A stretch of 50,952 bases of DNA from Pseudobdellovibrionaceae bacterium (GCA_036559425.1 DATBTE010000389.1:1-50952), one strand, 5' to 3'; positions 1 to 11,231 are shown, counted from the stretch's first letter. A program made the numbers and translations. Notes: generated from the letters alone by a model not told the origin.

Positions 1-45
1 TGCATTGATTTTCTCCTAGCGATCCTCTATAACTCAAAAGCTTTA

Positions 46-1422
46 ATGACACAATTGCTAACTTCAGGAAGTAGGTTCATCCCCATGGAGCAAAAAAACC
101 CAGATGCCGGTCACGGACGCGGCGTTTTTATTTCTACCTACGGTTGTCAAATGAACGTGAATGATACGGAACGTATGTACAGCCTTTTAGAAATGGCAAA
201 CTATACTCCCGTGGAAACCGCTGAAGAGGCGTCGGTTATCATTATCAACGCTTGTAGTATCCGCGAAAAGCCTGTCCATAAAGTTTATTCCGAGGTGGGC
301 ACTTATCGCAAAATGAAAGAAAAAAATCCTGAGTTGCGAATTGGCGTTGGTGGCTGCGTTGGTCAGCAAGAAAAAGAAAATCTGATCAAGCGAGAGCCCT
401 TGATTGATTTTGTTTTTGGCACGGATACGATTGATCTTTTGCCGAATCTGGTGGCGCAGACTTATGAAGGGTACAAAACGAAAGCGGTGAATGCCAAAGT
501 GGATCACCGAGCGCCTTATCATGTGGAGACTCTGGTCAGAAATCCGGGGGTCTCCACTTTCGTAAACATCGCCAAGGGCTGTGATAACTTCTGTACTTTC
601 TGCGTGGTTCCTTACACTCGAGGGCGCGAAAAGAGTCGCCCCTTGGCGCACGTCCTTAATGACGTGCGGAGTTTGATCAAGCGAGGGGCCAAAGAAGTCA
701 CTTTGCTAGGGCAAAATGTGAATTCTTATCATAGTGAATGCGGTGCGGATTTTGCGGATTTGCTCCAGAGAGTGGCTCGTGAAACCGATATCGAGAGAGT
801 CCGTTACACCACATCTCATCCGAAGGATTTCAACCAAAAGCTAGCGGATGTTATGTTTGCTAATCAACCGAAAGTTTGTGAATACGTTCATCTGCCTATG
901 CAGAGCGGGAATAGCCGAATTCTTAATAAAATGAATCGTGGATACACTCGCGAGGAATATCTAGGAAAAATCAAAATGATTAAGCAGGCGATTCCCAATG
1001 TCGTGTTATCAACTGACATTATCGTTGGATTTCCGGGAGAGACTGAAGAGGAGTTTCTTGATACGATGTCTTTAATGCAGGAGGTGGCGTTTGAGACTAT
1101 TTTCGCTTTTAGTTATTCTCCGCGTCCGTTCACCAAGGCCGCAAAATTTGAAGATCAAGTTCCGGAAGATGTTAAGAACGAACGATTGAACCGTCTTTTT
1201 GATGCGCATAAAAAAATGGCTTTTGAGCTTGTCAAACGTTACGAAGGACTCACATTGAATGTATTGGTCGAAAAAGCAGAATCGACGGAAGGAAAAGTTT
1301 CAGGACGCACGCCAGAAAACAAGCTCGTGCATTTCCTGGGCTCCAATGATCTTATTGGCAAGACAGTGCCGGTGAAAATCGCAAAAGCTTTCCCTGCGGT
1401 TCTTAGAGGAGAATTGGTATAA
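46..1422 (+). CDS. miaB: tRNA-2-methylthio-N6-dimethylallyladenosine synthase MiaB
   Basis: TYGCQMN UPF0004 motif, radical-SAM CDNFCTFC, C-terminal TRAM domain; start may be ATG 85. Confidence 0.95.
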   Translation: MTQLLTSGSRFIPMEQKNPDAGHGRGVFISTYGCQMNVNDTERMYSLLEMANYTPVETAEEASVIIINACSIREKPVHKVYSEVGTYRKMKEKNPELRIGVGGCVGQQEKENLIKREPLIDFVFGTDTIDLLPNLVAQTYEGYKTKAVNAKVDHRAPYHVETLVRNPGVSTFVNIAKGCDNFCTFCVVPYTRGREKSRPLAHVLNDVRSLIKRGAKEVTLLGQNVNSYHSECGADFADLLQRVARETDIERVRYTTSHPKDFNQKLADVMFANQPKVCEYVHLPMQSGNSRILNKMNRGYTREEYLGKIKMIKQAIPNVVLSTDIIVGFPGETEEEFLDTMSLMQEVAFETIFAFSYSPRPFTKAAKFEDQVPEDVKNERLNRLFDAHKKMAFELVKRYEGLTLNVLVEKAESTEGKVSGRTPENKLVHFLGSNDLIGKTVPVKIAKAFPAVLRGELV

Positions 1423-1446
1423 TGGATCTCATGAATCGGTATTATA

Positions 1447-2010
1447 ATGAAAAGCTCTGAAGTGAGTTCTGAAAAAGTGGATTCTCATATCGTTTTTTCT
1501 GCGGAGATGCCAGAGGGGGCTCCGTTTTTTGAGAAAGATCTGATTCGTTTAAAACCCTACGGCTTGTCAGTGACTACGGACTTCGCTCGTCCATTTTTGC
1601 TTTTAAAAGATGATAGCCATAATTACACTTTGCCGGTGGCGATCAATCCCCTAGAGGCGGGAGTGACCCTCACGCAGGCCAATAAATCAGTGGCTCCCAC
1701 CACCATGCATCGCTTTACCGAAACTTTATTGGAAAGCCTTGATATGAAAATTGAAAAATGCATTTTTGTGGAGATCAAAGGGCATTTTCAGTTTGTTCGT
1801 TTGTTCTTAAAAAATCATCCGACTCTTGAAACTTTGAAAATGCGTGCGGATGAAGTGATGTCTTTGTGTTTACATCTGGACACTCCGATTTATGCTTCAA
1901 AAGAATATATCGCAAAAAGTCGGGTCATGAATGCGGAAATGGACGGAATGAGTGCGGATATTAAAGCTCATCCTTCGATTATTCAAAAGAGCCATCCCTA
2001 TATCATGTAG
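1447..2010 (+). CDS. Bifunctional nuclease (DUF151) family protein
   Basis: PFLLLKD..LPVAINPLEA..TMHRF..LLESL pattern; commonly adjacent to miaB. Confidence 0.7.
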   Translation: MKSSEVSSEKVDSHIVFSAEMPEGAPFFEKDLIRLKPYGLSVTTDFARPFLLLKDDSHNYTLPVAINPLEAGVTLTQANKSVAPTTMHRFTETLLESLDMKIEKCIFVEIKGHFQFVRLFLKNHPTLETLKMRADEVMSLCLHLDTPIYASKEYIAKSRVMNAEMDGMSADIKAHPSIIQKSHPYIM

Positions 2011-2029
2011 TCCGTCTTGAGGGAGATTT

Positions 2030-2554
2030 ATGAAAACCACCATTTCCGTTCGTGGGTTTACGCCACAAATTGCCAGTGATGTTTTTGTTGCTGATAATGC
2101 GCGCATTATGGGGGATGTGAAAATCGGTTTGGAGTCTTCAGTTTGGTACAATGTGACAATTCGTGGGGATGTCATGCCGATTCGCATTGGAAATGAAGTG
2201 AATATACAGGATGGATCTGTTTTACATGGGACCTACGGTAAATTTGGCTGTACAGTCCATGATCGTGTCACCATCGGTCATTTAGTCATGCTTCATGGCT
2301 GCATCATCGGGCGAGAGTCCTTGATAGGGATGGGAAGCATCATTATGGATGGCGCCGTGATCGGCGAACAAAGCATTGTGGGGGCGGGCTCTCTGGTAAC
2401 GGAAAATTCGAATTTTCCACCGCGCAGCTTGATTATCGGCCGCCCAGCAAAGGCAAAACGGACGCTTACCGAGGAAGAAGTCAAGGCTTTAAGCTACTCG
2501 GCAGACAACTATCTTCTCTATAAGACGTGGTATGAATTAGAAGAAAAGCGTTGA
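2030..2554 (+). CDS. Gamma carbonic anhydrase family (PaaY/YrdA-like) protein
   Basis: Hexapeptide repeats, RGDV, NIQDGSVLH, IGHLVMLHGC metal ligands. Confidence 0.93.
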   Translation: MKTTISVRGFTPQIASDVFVADNARIMGDVKIGLESSVWYNVTIRGDVMPIRIGNEVNIQDGSVLHGTYGKFGCTVHDRVTIGHLVMLHGCIIGRESLIGMGSIIMDGAVIGEQSIVGAGSLVTENSNFPPRSLIIGRPAKAKRTLTEEEVKALSYSADNYLLYKTWYELEEKR

Positions 2555-2618
2555 TGTCTTTTTGGTCTCCATGACAGAATAGCCCCATTCAAATCAAAAA
2601 AATATGACGGGGGCTCTC

Positions 2619-4085
2619 ATGGATCAAAAAATTCCATATGCATTGACATACGATGATATCCTATTGGTTCCGCAGTATTCTGAAATTATCCCTTCAGAAA
2701 TCACTCCCAAATCAGAATTTGCACGGGGGAAGTTTCTCAATACACCGATTTTATCGGCGGCCATGGATACGGTGACTGAAAACCGCGTAGCCCGCATCAT
2801 GGCGCAAATGGGTGGCCTTGGTTTTATTCATAAAAATATGAGTGTAGAGGCTCAGGCTCTGGAAGTGGAAAAAGTTAAAAAGTACGAAAGCGGCATGATT
2901 CAAGACCCTATTACTTTAGGACCTGATCAAATGGTGCATGAAGCTCTGGAGATCATGGCTAAGTATTCCATTAGCGGGGTGCCAATCACTATCAATCATA
3001 TGCTGGTGGGCATTTTGACCAATCGCGATTTGCGTTTTGAAACCAATGTGAATCAACCGATTAAAAATTTAATGACTCATAAAGAAAAGTTGGTCACGGC
3101 GGAAGTGGGGACCACGCTTGAACAAGCTAAGCAAATCCTGCAAAAACATCGTATTGAAAAGCTTCCGGTGGTGGATAAAAACTTTACTCTGAAAGGTTTG
3201 ATCACTATCAAAGATATTGAAAAGGCCCAGGCCTTTCCTCAGGCAACCAAAGACGGCCATGGCCGCCTTTTTGTCGGTGCGGCCTTGGGGGTCGGTGCAG
3301 ATTCTCGCGATCGTGCGGATGCTCTGGTGGCGGCAAAGGTGGATGTGCTTTGTGTGGATACGGCCCATGGTCACTCTCGCAATGTTGTGGAGATGGTAAA
3401 GTATATTGCGAAAAAGCACAAAGAGGTCATCATCGTCTCTGGCAACGTGGTCACTGCCGATGGAACTTTGGCCTTGATGGAGGCGGGAGCGGATGTCGTG
3501 AAGGTCGGCGTCGGTCCTGGAAGTATTTGCACCACTCGCGTTGTGGCTGGTGTGGGAATGCCGCAGATTTCGGCCATTGTAGAGTGTGCAAAGGCGGCTG
3601 CACAAAAAGGGAAAACGATTATTGCTGATGGCGGTATTAAATATTCTGGCGATATCACCAAGGCTTTAGCCTTAGGTGCGAACTCCGTCATGATCGGTAA
3701 CCTTTTGGCGGGGGCTGAAGAGTCTCCGGGAGAAACGGTCTTGTATCAGGGGCGGACTTATAAAGTTTATCGTGGTATGGGCAGTCTTGGGGCGATGGCG
3801 AAAGGTTCTAAAGACCGCTATGGACAATATGACGTTACCGAGGACGACAAGTTGGTTCCTGAGGGAATTGAAGGGAAAGTTCCTTATAAAGGCTCCGCAA
3901 CAGGCATTATCCATCAACTGGTGGGGGGCATAAAATCCGGGATGGGTTACATAGGCGCCCGCAACGTTCAAGAGTTGCAATTAAAAGCGAAGTTTGTGCA
4001 AATCAGCGCTCAGGGCCTTCGGGAGTCTCATGTTCATGATGTCAGTATCACTAAAGAAGCTCCCAACTATAGAATGGAAAACTAA
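2619..4085 (+). CDS. guaB: IMP dehydrogenase
   Basis: SAAMDTVTE, CBS pair, GPGSICTTR catalytic loop, YRGMGS; SD-like GGGGG before ATG 2619. Confidence 0.98.
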   Translation: MDQKIPYALTYDDILLVPQYSEIIPSEITPKSEFARGKFLNTPILSAAMDTVTENRVARIMAQMGGLGFIHKNMSVEAQALEVEKVKKYESGMIQDPITLGPDQMVHEALEIMAKYSISGVPITINHMLVGILTNRDLRFETNVNQPIKNLMTHKEKLVTAEVGTTLEQAKQILQKHRIEKLPVVDKNFTLKGLITIKDIEKAQAFPQATKDGHGRLFVGAALGVGADSRDRADALVAAKVDVLCVDTAHGHSRNVVEMVKYIAKKHKEVIIVSGNVVTADGTLALMEAGADVVKVGVGPGSICTTRVVAGVGMPQISAIVECAKAAAQKGKTIIADGGIKYSGDITKALALGANSVMIGNLLAGAEESPGETVLYQGRTYKVYRGMGSLGAMAKGSKDRYGQYDVTEDDKLVPEGIEGKVPYKGSATGIIHQLVGGIKSGMGYIGARNVQELQLKAKFVQISAQGLRESHVHDVSITKEAPNYRMEN

Positions 4086-4086
4086 G

Positions 4087-5613
4087 ATGACCGAACGTGG
4101 TTTTGTAATTTTGGATTTTGGCTCACAATTCACTCAATTGATTGCCCGCCGTTTGCGTGAGTTGGGCTTTTTCTCTGAAATCCATGCTTTTAATTTTTCT
4201 ATTGATGAAATCAAAAAACGTAAACCTTTGGGGATTATCCTCAGCGGTGGTCCCAATTCAGTTTATGAACCCCTGTCGCCACGCCGGGAGGTTAGAGAAC
4301 TTCTTGAGGTGGCTCCAGTCCTGGGAATTTGTTATGGGATGCAATTGCTGGCTCATCAGCTGGGCGGTGAAGTGGAAAAAAGTGATCATCGTGAGTATGG
4401 CCTGAATCGTGTGGCCTGGCGAGAAACTTTCGGTGCCGTCCCTGCAGACCAGCAGGTCTGGATGAGCCATGGGGATGTGGTGAAAAAAGCTCCGCCGGGG
4501 TTTCAAATCGTGGGAGTTTCTGGGTCAGGTCATGCGGCCGCGATGAAGGGACCTCGCGCTTGGGCTATCCAATTTCATCCAGAAGTCAGTCATACTTTTA
4601 AAGGTATTGAAATTATCAAAGCTTTTGCGCATAGTTTCTGCGCAGGAACACCTACGTGGAATGCTCCTCATATTACTGAAGTTTTGATTAAAGATATTCA
4701 AAACAAAGTAGCGGCTCATGAGCATGTCCTGTGCGCCTTGAGTGGTGGGGTGGATTCTTCAGTGGTGGCGGCTTTGTTGACGAAAGCTCTGGGGCCCGAG
4801 CGCGTTCACTGTGTTTTTGTTGATAATGGCCTCTTGCGAAAAAATGAATTTGAAAATGTATTGGCGGCCTATAAAAACATCGGTTTGAATGTCAAGGGTG
4901 TGGATGCTTCAAAAGAATTCATGGCGGAACTAAAGGGAAAAGAAGATCCCGAACAGAAACGCAAAACGATTGGCCGACTTTTTATTGAAGTTTTTGATAA
5001 GGCCTATGATCACGGCACGAATATTCAATTTTTAGCGCAAGGGACTCTTTACCCTGATGTGATTGAAAGCGTGTCCTCCGTCGGCGGCAGTGTCACTATC
5101 AAATCCCACCACAATGTGGGTGGTTTGCCGGAAAAAATGAAATTGAAATTGATCGAGCCGGTGCGTGAACTCTTTAAAGATGAGGTGAGGAAGATCGGCG
5201 CCGAGCTAGGCCTGCCTCCTGAAATGTTGTCACGTCACCCCTTCCCGGGACCGGGGTTGGCGATTCGCTGCTTGGGAGAAGTCACCGAAGAAAAGCTCAA
5301 GATTCTTAAAGAGTGTGATGATTTATTTGTTTCGTTTTTACGGGAAAAAAATATTTACTCGGAAATTTGGCAAGCCTTCTGCGTGCTCTTGCCAGTGAAA
5401 TCCGTGGGGGTTCAGGGGGATTCCAGAACCTATGATCACGTCCTGGCTTTACGAGCCGTGACTTCTTCGGATGGTATGACGGCGGATTGGTATCCCTTTG
5501 ATTTTGCTTTTCTCAGAGAAATCTCCAATCGAATAACCAATAAAGTTCGCGGGGTGAACCGTGTGGTCTATGATGTCACGAGTAAACCTCCTGGCACTAT
5601 CGAGTGGGAATAA
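4087..5613 (+). CDS. guaA: GMP synthase (glutamine-hydrolysing)
   Basis: ILDFGSQ, GICYGMQ, QFHPE, SGGVDS, KPPGTIEWE; true start ATG 4087 just after the guaB stop. Confidence 0.98.
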   Translation: MTERGFVILDFGSQFTQLIARRLRELGFFSEIHAFNFSIDEIKKRKPLGIILSGGPNSVYEPLSPRREVRELLEVAPVLGICYGMQLLAHQLGGEVEKSDHREYGLNRVAWRETFGAVPADQQVWMSHGDVVKKAPPGFQIVGVSGSGHAAAMKGPRAWAIQFHPEVSHTFKGIEIIKAFAHSFCAGTPTWNAPHITEVLIKDIQNKVAAHEHVLCALSGGVDSSVVAALLTKALGPERVHCVFVDNGLLRKNEFENVLAAYKNIGLNVKGVDASKEFMAELKGKEDPEQKRKTIGRLFIEVFDKAYDHGTNIQFLAQGTLYPDVIESVSSVGGSVTIKSHHNVGGLPEKMKLKLIEPVRELFKDEVRKIGAELGLPPEMLSRHPFPGPGLAIRCLGEVTEEKLKILKECDDLFVSFLREKNIYSEIWQAFCVLLPVKSVGVQGDSRTYDHVLALRAVTSSDGMTADWYPFDFAFLREISNRITNKVRGVNRVVYDVTSKPPGTIEWE

Positions 5614-5632
5614 AAGAGCGCGAATGAGACAA

Positions 5633-5659
5633 GATAGTGTCTAATAAGTAGACACTATC
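5633..5659. terminator. Perfect 11-bp inverted repeat after guaA (terminator or protein-binding site)
   Basis: GATAGTGTCTA-ATAAG-TAGACACTATC; no clear U-tract. Confidence 0.4.
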
Positions 5660-5741
5660 GGCAGATATTTAAAACATTTATTTTTCTAAACCCATGTACT
5701 CCCTCGCTATAATTGTCGATAAGGACTTTAGCGGGGGTATT

Positions 5742-6386
5742 ATGAAGTTCAAGTTGCGAGCAGCTCTTTTTGTCATGTCTGTGCTCACGTTGGTGAGCAG
5801 GCCTATGATGGCTCATGCTGAATCAGCCCTTGAAACGGATGATAGTTTCTTTAAATCAGTAGCTCCGGTGGAAGATGATGACTTAGACCGTAGTTATAAA
5901 AAAAATGAACTGGTAAAATCCACTGAGACTCAGAAAAAAATCGAGTCCCATGTGAAGGATGAGTTTTCCTCAACACATCAAGGGATCATGCCGGCTTACG
6001 AAGCAAAGATGATGGATCAAAAAGTCGTCGCTGAAAATAAAAGACGTCAAGCCGCTATCATGAGTCGTTTGAATCTAAGTGCCGGAGCTGTTCTTACTTG
6101 TGTCTCGAAAACAGGCCAAAATTTTCAAGGAACCCATGCTACAGTCATGTGGATGATTCAACCGAACGGCACAGTCTCGGAAACCGCTATTAAATCCACT
6201 GATATCGAAAATATTGAGATTCAAAAATGTATTCAGGAAGTAGCCTCCCATTTGGATTTTAGTGCCGCGAAAACAGATTTATTAAATAAATCATTGGTTG
6301 AGTATACTTATAAGTTTAAGCTCAAGAAAAAGACGAGCCTTGGCTCCCACAAAAAGAAGATTCGCCGTTCAACGGCCAGTCAATAG
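5742..6386 (+). CDS. Exported protein with AgmX/PglI C-terminal (TonB_C-like) domain
   Basis: Signal peptide MKFKLRAALF..AHA; C..G.VMWMIQPNG.V...I..TDIEN.EIQKCI pattern. Confidence 0.6.
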   Translation: MKFKLRAALFVMSVLTLVSRPMMAHAESALETDDSFFKSVAPVEDDDLDRSYKKNELVKSTETQKKIESHVKDEFSSTHQGIMPAYEAKMMDQKVVAENKRRQAAIMSRLNLSAGAVLTCVSKTGQNFQGTHATVMWMIQPNGTVSETAIKSTDIENIEIQKCIQEVASHLDFSAAKTDLLNKSLVEYTYKFKLKKKTSLGSHKKKIRRSTASQ

Positions 6387-6470
6387 AATGAATTCGACGC
6401 ATAAGGTTAATTTGAGTTCTGTACTGCGGATAAAATTGAACCTCAAGGTAGTCTAAGTTATGAATTATTC

Positions 6471-9400
6471 ATGTCTTTTGTTCACCTTCATATTCACTCC
6501 GAATATTCTTTGCTTGAAGCAGCTTGCCGAATAAAAGCAATTTCTAAAAAAGCCGCCGAATACGGGATGCCAGCCGTGGCTCTAACCGACAATGGAAATA
6601 TGTTTGCGGCTGCGGAATTTTACTTTGCAGCTAAAGACAATAACATAAAACCGATTTTAGGTTTTGATGCCTATATTGCCCCCGGCTCGCGTTTAGAAAA
6701 GAAACAGGACCGTGATCAAATTGCTCAATTTCCCCGTCGACTGGTCTTTCTGGCGCAAAACATCGAGGGTTATCGTAATCTCAATAAGCTGTCTACCATT
6801 GGCTATCAAGAGGGTTTTTATTGGAAGCCGCGGATTGATTACGAAGTTATAGAAAAGTACAATGCCCATTTGCTTTGTCTCACTGGTGGCCTTCGTGGTG
6901 AGGTGGCCGACATTTTTTTAAACGAAGGTCCGGATCAGGCTCTGGAAAAAATTCGCAAGTTACATAATATTTTCGGGGATCGACTTTATTTAGAGATGTG
7001 CCGTACCGGTCTGCCTGAGTGGCAAAAACTCAATCCTTTCTTACTGGAAGCTTCAAAGATTACGGGCGTACCAGTTGTGGCCACGAATGACGTGCACTAT
7101 ATGTCTCCCGACGACCAATTGGCTCAAGAGGTTTTAATTTGTATCGGCACCAATAAAACGCTCGCCGATGAAGGGCGTTTCAAATTGGGTTCCAGTGAAT
7201 TTTACTTCAAGAAGCCTGAGCAGATGCAAAAGCTTTTTGAGGATGTTCCGGAAGCCGTGGCGCGCACTTTAGAAATCGCTGATCGCTGCGAGGTGAAATT
7301 TAAACTTAAAGATGATACTGGCAAGCCGATTTATTTCTTGCCAACCTTTCCAACTGAGAACGGAGTGTCACTGAAGGATGACATTGCTGCCAAGGCCTTG
7401 AAGGGGCTTAAAGAACGTTTTTCGGAAGCAGCTTTACGTAATGAACCCATCGCCGAAGAAAAAAAACCGGAGTATTTTAGTCGCCTTGATTTTGAATTGA
7501 ATGTCATCGATCGCATGGGTTTTAACGGTTATTTTCTGATCGTTCAAGACTTTATCAACTGGGCGAAGAATCAAGGGATCCCGGTGGGACCGGGACGGGG
7601 GTCCGGAGCGGGCTCTCTGGTCGCTTATAGTTTGCGGATCACGGATCTCGATCCCCTTCCTAACTTTTTGTTATTTGAGCGTTTCTTGAATCCTGAGCGG
7701 ATCTCCATGCCTGACTTCGATATCGACTTCTGTCAGGATCGCCGTCAGGAAGTGATTCAATATGTGACTCAAAAGTACGGTCAGGAGTCCGTTTCCCAGA
7801 TCATCACTTATGGAAAACTTCAGGCGCGGGCCGCCATCAAAGATGTGGGCCGGGTTTTGGGAATGACTTTTCCTGAAGTGGATGTGGTGACAAAATTAAT
7901 TCCTGATAAGTTAGGCGTGACTCTGAAAGAGGCTCTGGAAATGGAACCTCGCATGCGTGAACTGATGGATATGAATCCTACAGTGAACACCTTGGTGGAG
8001 TTAGCACAGCGGATTGAAGGCATGGTTCGTCATGCGGGAATTCATGCCGCCGGCGTTATCATCGCCGATGGTCAATTAGTGAGACACGCGCCTCTTTATC
8101 GCGGCGCTGACGGAGAGCAAGTTGTTCAGTATGATATGAAGCATGCTGAGAAAATGGGTCTCATCAAATTCGACTTTTTAGGTTTGAAAACGCTGACTCA
8201 TATTAATCATGCGATCCAACTGATCGAAAAAAATCGTGGTCTGAAAATAATAAGCAATTTGATTCCAATGAATGATCCCAAGGTTTTTGAGATGATGTCC
8301 CGTGGGGATACGGCAGGGATTTTTCAGTTTGAGGGTGAGGGCATCACCGATGCCACTCGTAAAATCCGTCCCTCTAGTTTTGGTGACATCACCGCGATCA
8401 CTTCACTTTACCGCCCGGGTCCTATGGCCAATATCCCAGAGTTTACAGACCGCAAGCATGGGAAGTCGCCCGTAGAGTATTTGATTGAGGACTCGAAAGA
8501 AGTTTTATCCGAGACCTATGGAATCATGGTTTATCAAGAGCAGGTGATGGGGATCGCTTCTCGCATTGCAGGATACTCCTTAGGGGAAGCGGATATGCTT
8601 CGCCGGGCGATGGGTAAGAAAATAAAAGAAGAAATGGATCGCCAGCGTATTCGTTTTATGGATGGAGCAAAAGCCAAGGGCTATGAAGAAAAAGCTTCCA
8701 ATGATCTTTTTGATTTGATGTACAAGTTTGCGGATTATGGTTTTAATAAGTCCCATGCCGCCGCTTATTCGGTTATCACCATGCAAACGGCATGGTTGAA
8801 ATGTTATTATCCTACGGAGTTCTTCGCGGCGCTCTTAAGCACCGAGTTGTCAGATACGGATAAGATCGTTAAGTACTCCAAAGATGCGGCAAAGCATGGG
8901 CTTTTGGTTAAACCTCCTCATGTGAACTTTTCAGAATATTTATTCGGAGCCCATGGCGATGAAGTTTATTTTGGTATTGGTGCTATTAAAGGCGTGGGCG
9001 AATCAGCGGTGACGGCCATCGTGGAGGCTCGGGAGAGTTTGCCGGAAAAGAAATTCGCGAATTTGGATGAGTTCTTTAATACGATAGACACCCGCCGTGT
9101 GAACAAAAAAGTTATTGAATGCTTGATCAGAGCCGGTGCCTTTGAGGGACTGGGAGCTCATCGGGCTCAATTGATTGCCGGTTATCAAAAATATTTGGAT
9201 CGTGCTGAAGGAAAGCGCAAAGACCGAGAACTTGGCCAGACCTCTTTATTTGATCTCGGGCCGAGCGATGAAATTGATGTAAAACTAGAAAACACGAAAC
9301 CTTGGACTCGGTCCGCTCTGTTGTCCTACGAGAAGGAAGTCTTGGGTTTCTATCTGAGTGATCATCCCTTAAAAGGTTATGAGAACCTGGCGGAAATTTG

Positions 9401-10010
9401 GATCACTTGTAAAGTCGCGGAGCTCCCGCAGTTTGCAAAGCAGGAGGCCGCTCAAGTTCAGACGGCCGTGCAAAAGACGAAAGAAAATCGTTGGGGTCGG
9501 GATGCGAATAAAAAGAAAGTCGTTGTGGCTGGACTGATCTCAGACCTTCGCGAGCTGATTACTAAAAAAGGCACGCGTATGGCCTTTGCTAAGATTGAAG
9601 ATCTTTCAGGAAGTTGCGAACTTGTGATCTTTCCCGATGCCTTTGCCCGCAACGAGATGATGTGTCGGGATGAAAAGCCAGTTCTCATCACTGGATCTTT
9701 AGAAGCCGATGAAGGATCTGCTAAAATCATGGTGGACTCGGTTTCGCCAATGGAAGATATCTTGAAAAAGACAAAGCATATGGTGTTGCATCTGGAACGG
9801 ATTCCAGCCAATGATTATGAACGTCTGCAGGGACTTTTGAAGGATCATCCAGGAAGCACTCATGTGAGTTTCGAAATAGATCTCAAAGAGGTCAATCGCC
9901 GAGTGCAGTTAGAAGTTGAGGAAACAATTGCCGTCAGCATTAGCAATGAATTCTTTGAAAGTATTCATTCTGTGTTCGGAAAAACGGACTTTATTGAGTT
10001 AAGAACGTAA
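6471..10010 (+). CDS. dnaE: DNA polymerase III alpha subunit
   Basis: PHP domain HLHIHSEYS, GRGSGAGS, PDFDIDF, FNKSH, C-terminal OB fold. Confidence 0.98.
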   Translation: MSFVHLHIHSEYSLLEAACRIKAISKKAAEYGMPAVALTDNGNMFAAAEFYFAAKDNNIKPILGFDAYIAPGSRLEKKQDRDQIAQFPRRLVFLAQNIEGYRNLNKLSTIGYQEGFYWKPRIDYEVIEKYNAHLLCLTGGLRGEVADIFLNEGPDQALEKIRKLHNIFGDRLYLEMCRTGLPEWQKLNPFLLEASKITGVPVVATNDVHYMSPDDQLAQEVLICIGTNKTLADEGRFKLGSSEFYFKKPEQMQKLFEDVPEAVARTLEIADRCEVKFKLKDDTGKPIYFLPTFPTENGVSLKDDIAAKALKGLKERFSEAALRNEPIAEEKKPEYFSRLDFELNVIDRMGFNGYFLIVQDFINWAKNQGIPVGPGRGSGAGSLVAYSLRITDLDPLPNFLLFERFLNPERISMPDFDIDFCQDRRQEVIQYVTQKYGQESVSQIITYGKLQARAAIKDVGRVLGMTFPEVDVVTKLIPDKLGVTLKEALEMEPRMRELMDMNPTVNTLVELAQRIEGMVRHAGIHAAGVIIADGQLVRHAPLYRGADGEQVVQYDMKHAEKMGLIKFDFLGLKTLTHINHAIQLIEKNRGLKIISNLIPMNDPKVFEMMSRGDTAGIFQFEGEGITDATRKIRPSSFGDITAITSLYRPGPMANIPEFTDRKHGKSPVEYLIEDSKEVLSETYGIMVYQEQVMGIASRIAGYSLGEADMLRRAMGKKIKEEMDRQRIRFMDGAKAKGYEEKASNDLFDLMYKFADYGFNKSHAAAYSVITMQTAWLKCYYPTEFFAALLSTELSDTDKIVKYSKDAAKHGLLVKPPHVNFSEYLFGAHGDEVYFGIGAIKGVGESAVTAIVEARESLPEKKFANLDEFFNTIDTRRVNKKVIECLIRAGAFEGLGAHRAQLIAGYQKYLDRAEGKRKDRELGQTSLFDLGPSDEIDVKLENTKPWTRSALLSYEKEVLGFYLSDHPLKGYENLAEIWITCKVAELPQFAKQEAAQVQTAVQKTKENRWGRDANKKKVVVAGLISDLRELITKKGTRMAFAKIEDLSGSCELVIFPDAFARNEMMCRDEKPVLITGSLEADEGSAKIMVDSVSPMEDILKKTKHMVLHLERIPANDYERLQGLLKDHPGSTHVSFEIDLKEVNRRVQLEVEETIAVSISNEFFESIHSVFGKTDFIELRT

Positions 10011-10052
10011 GCTGAAAACTTATAAGCTAAAAATTGAAAGAACAAGGATTGT

Positions 10053-11222
10053 ATGAAGAAAATATGGATGCTTTTTACGGGACTCATGGTGTACGCCCAG
10101 GTCGTATTTGCCCAATCAGGGGATCTGATTGAGAAAAGTTTCACCGGAACTTCCAATGAAAAAACACCTCAAGCGGCAAAAAGGGACATTCAAGAGCAGG
10201 CGGCGCAAAAAATATCCGAGGAGTTCATTAAGGAGCTGATTGGTGAAGAGCGCTACGCAAAGAATAAAACTTTGATTCAAAACAAGGTTGAAAAAATCTC
10301 AAATCGTTACATCCCGTTTTCTAAGCCCAGTGAGCTCATGCAAGAGGGGGCGGCTTATAAGATGACGGTGGTTCTGAAAGTGTCACTAAAAGAACTCAAA
10401 ACTATTCTCCAGGAGCACTCTTTACTTGCGGAGAATGACACGGTTCCTTTGGCTCTGCCTTTGATTAGCTTTGTGGATAAAGTGAGTCTTAAGACTTTTC
10501 GGTGGTGGAAACAGGATGAAGGCAGCAATAAGACTTTTTTGGTTTCTCAGAATCGTCAGTTTGAAAATGCGTTGCGTGGGGCATTTCAAAAGTATAATTT
10601 TTATTTAATTAAACCCCTGCCATTGGGATTGCAGATTCCGAGAACTTATCAAAATGAACGTCTCAATCTGGATGATATGCAGTTCTTGAGTCAGTATTTC
10701 GGTGCTCCTTTGATGGTCGAGGGACAAGTTCAATATTCAAAAAGTCCCGAATCTTCCAATCGCTATTGGATTGAAGTGAAGCTTGTGGCTTTACAAGTCA
10801 GTAATGGCCGACCGATTGCGGATGTTTCTCGCAAGTTTGAAACTGAGATGGGGGTTTTTGAATCTTCGGTGGATAAAAAAATCCGGGAAACAGTGGATGC
10901 CACAGCTCAGGAATTGGCCTTGCAGGTTTATGAAGCCTGGCAACGTGGGTCTTTAGGGACCACGGTTTTAAGAGTCACTTTTCGTGGAAAAATTCCTTTC
11001 AATCAACAAGAAGCTTTCAAAGAGAAGTTGAAAAACCAGGTGCATGAAATTCGCAATATCCGGGAACGCGTGATCACAGCGGACTCCATGGTCTACGAGG
11101 TGGATACGAATTTAAATCCCAAGGACTTCTCCTTAAAATTAAGTGGTTTGGAAATTGATGGACGCAAATGGAATCCAGCGAGCCTTTCTAACAATGAAGT
11201 GACCATGCAATTGCAACGATAG
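10053..11222 (+). CDS. Exported hypothetical protein
   Basis: 389-aa ORF with Sec signal peptide (..VVFA|QS). Confidence 0.8.
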   Translation: MKKIWMLFTGLMVYAQVVFAQSGDLIEKSFTGTSNEKTPQAAKRDIQEQAAQKISEEFIKELIGEERYAKNKTLIQNKVEKISNRYIPFSKPSELMQEGAAYKMTVVLKVSLKELKTILQEHSLLAENDTVPLALPLISFVDKVSLKTFRWWKQDEGSNKTFLVSQNRQFENALRGAFQKYNFYLIKPLPLGLQIPRTYQNERLNLDDMQFLSQYFGAPLMVEGQVQYSKSPESSNRYWIEVKLVALQVSNGRPIADVSRKFETEMGVFESSVDKKIRETVDATAQELALQVYEAWQRGSLGTTVLRVTFRGKIPFNQQEAFKEKLKNQVHEIRNIRERVITADSMVYEVDTNLNPKDFSLKLSGLEIDGRKWNPASLSNNEVTMQLQR

Positions 11223-11231
11223 GGAAAGTAC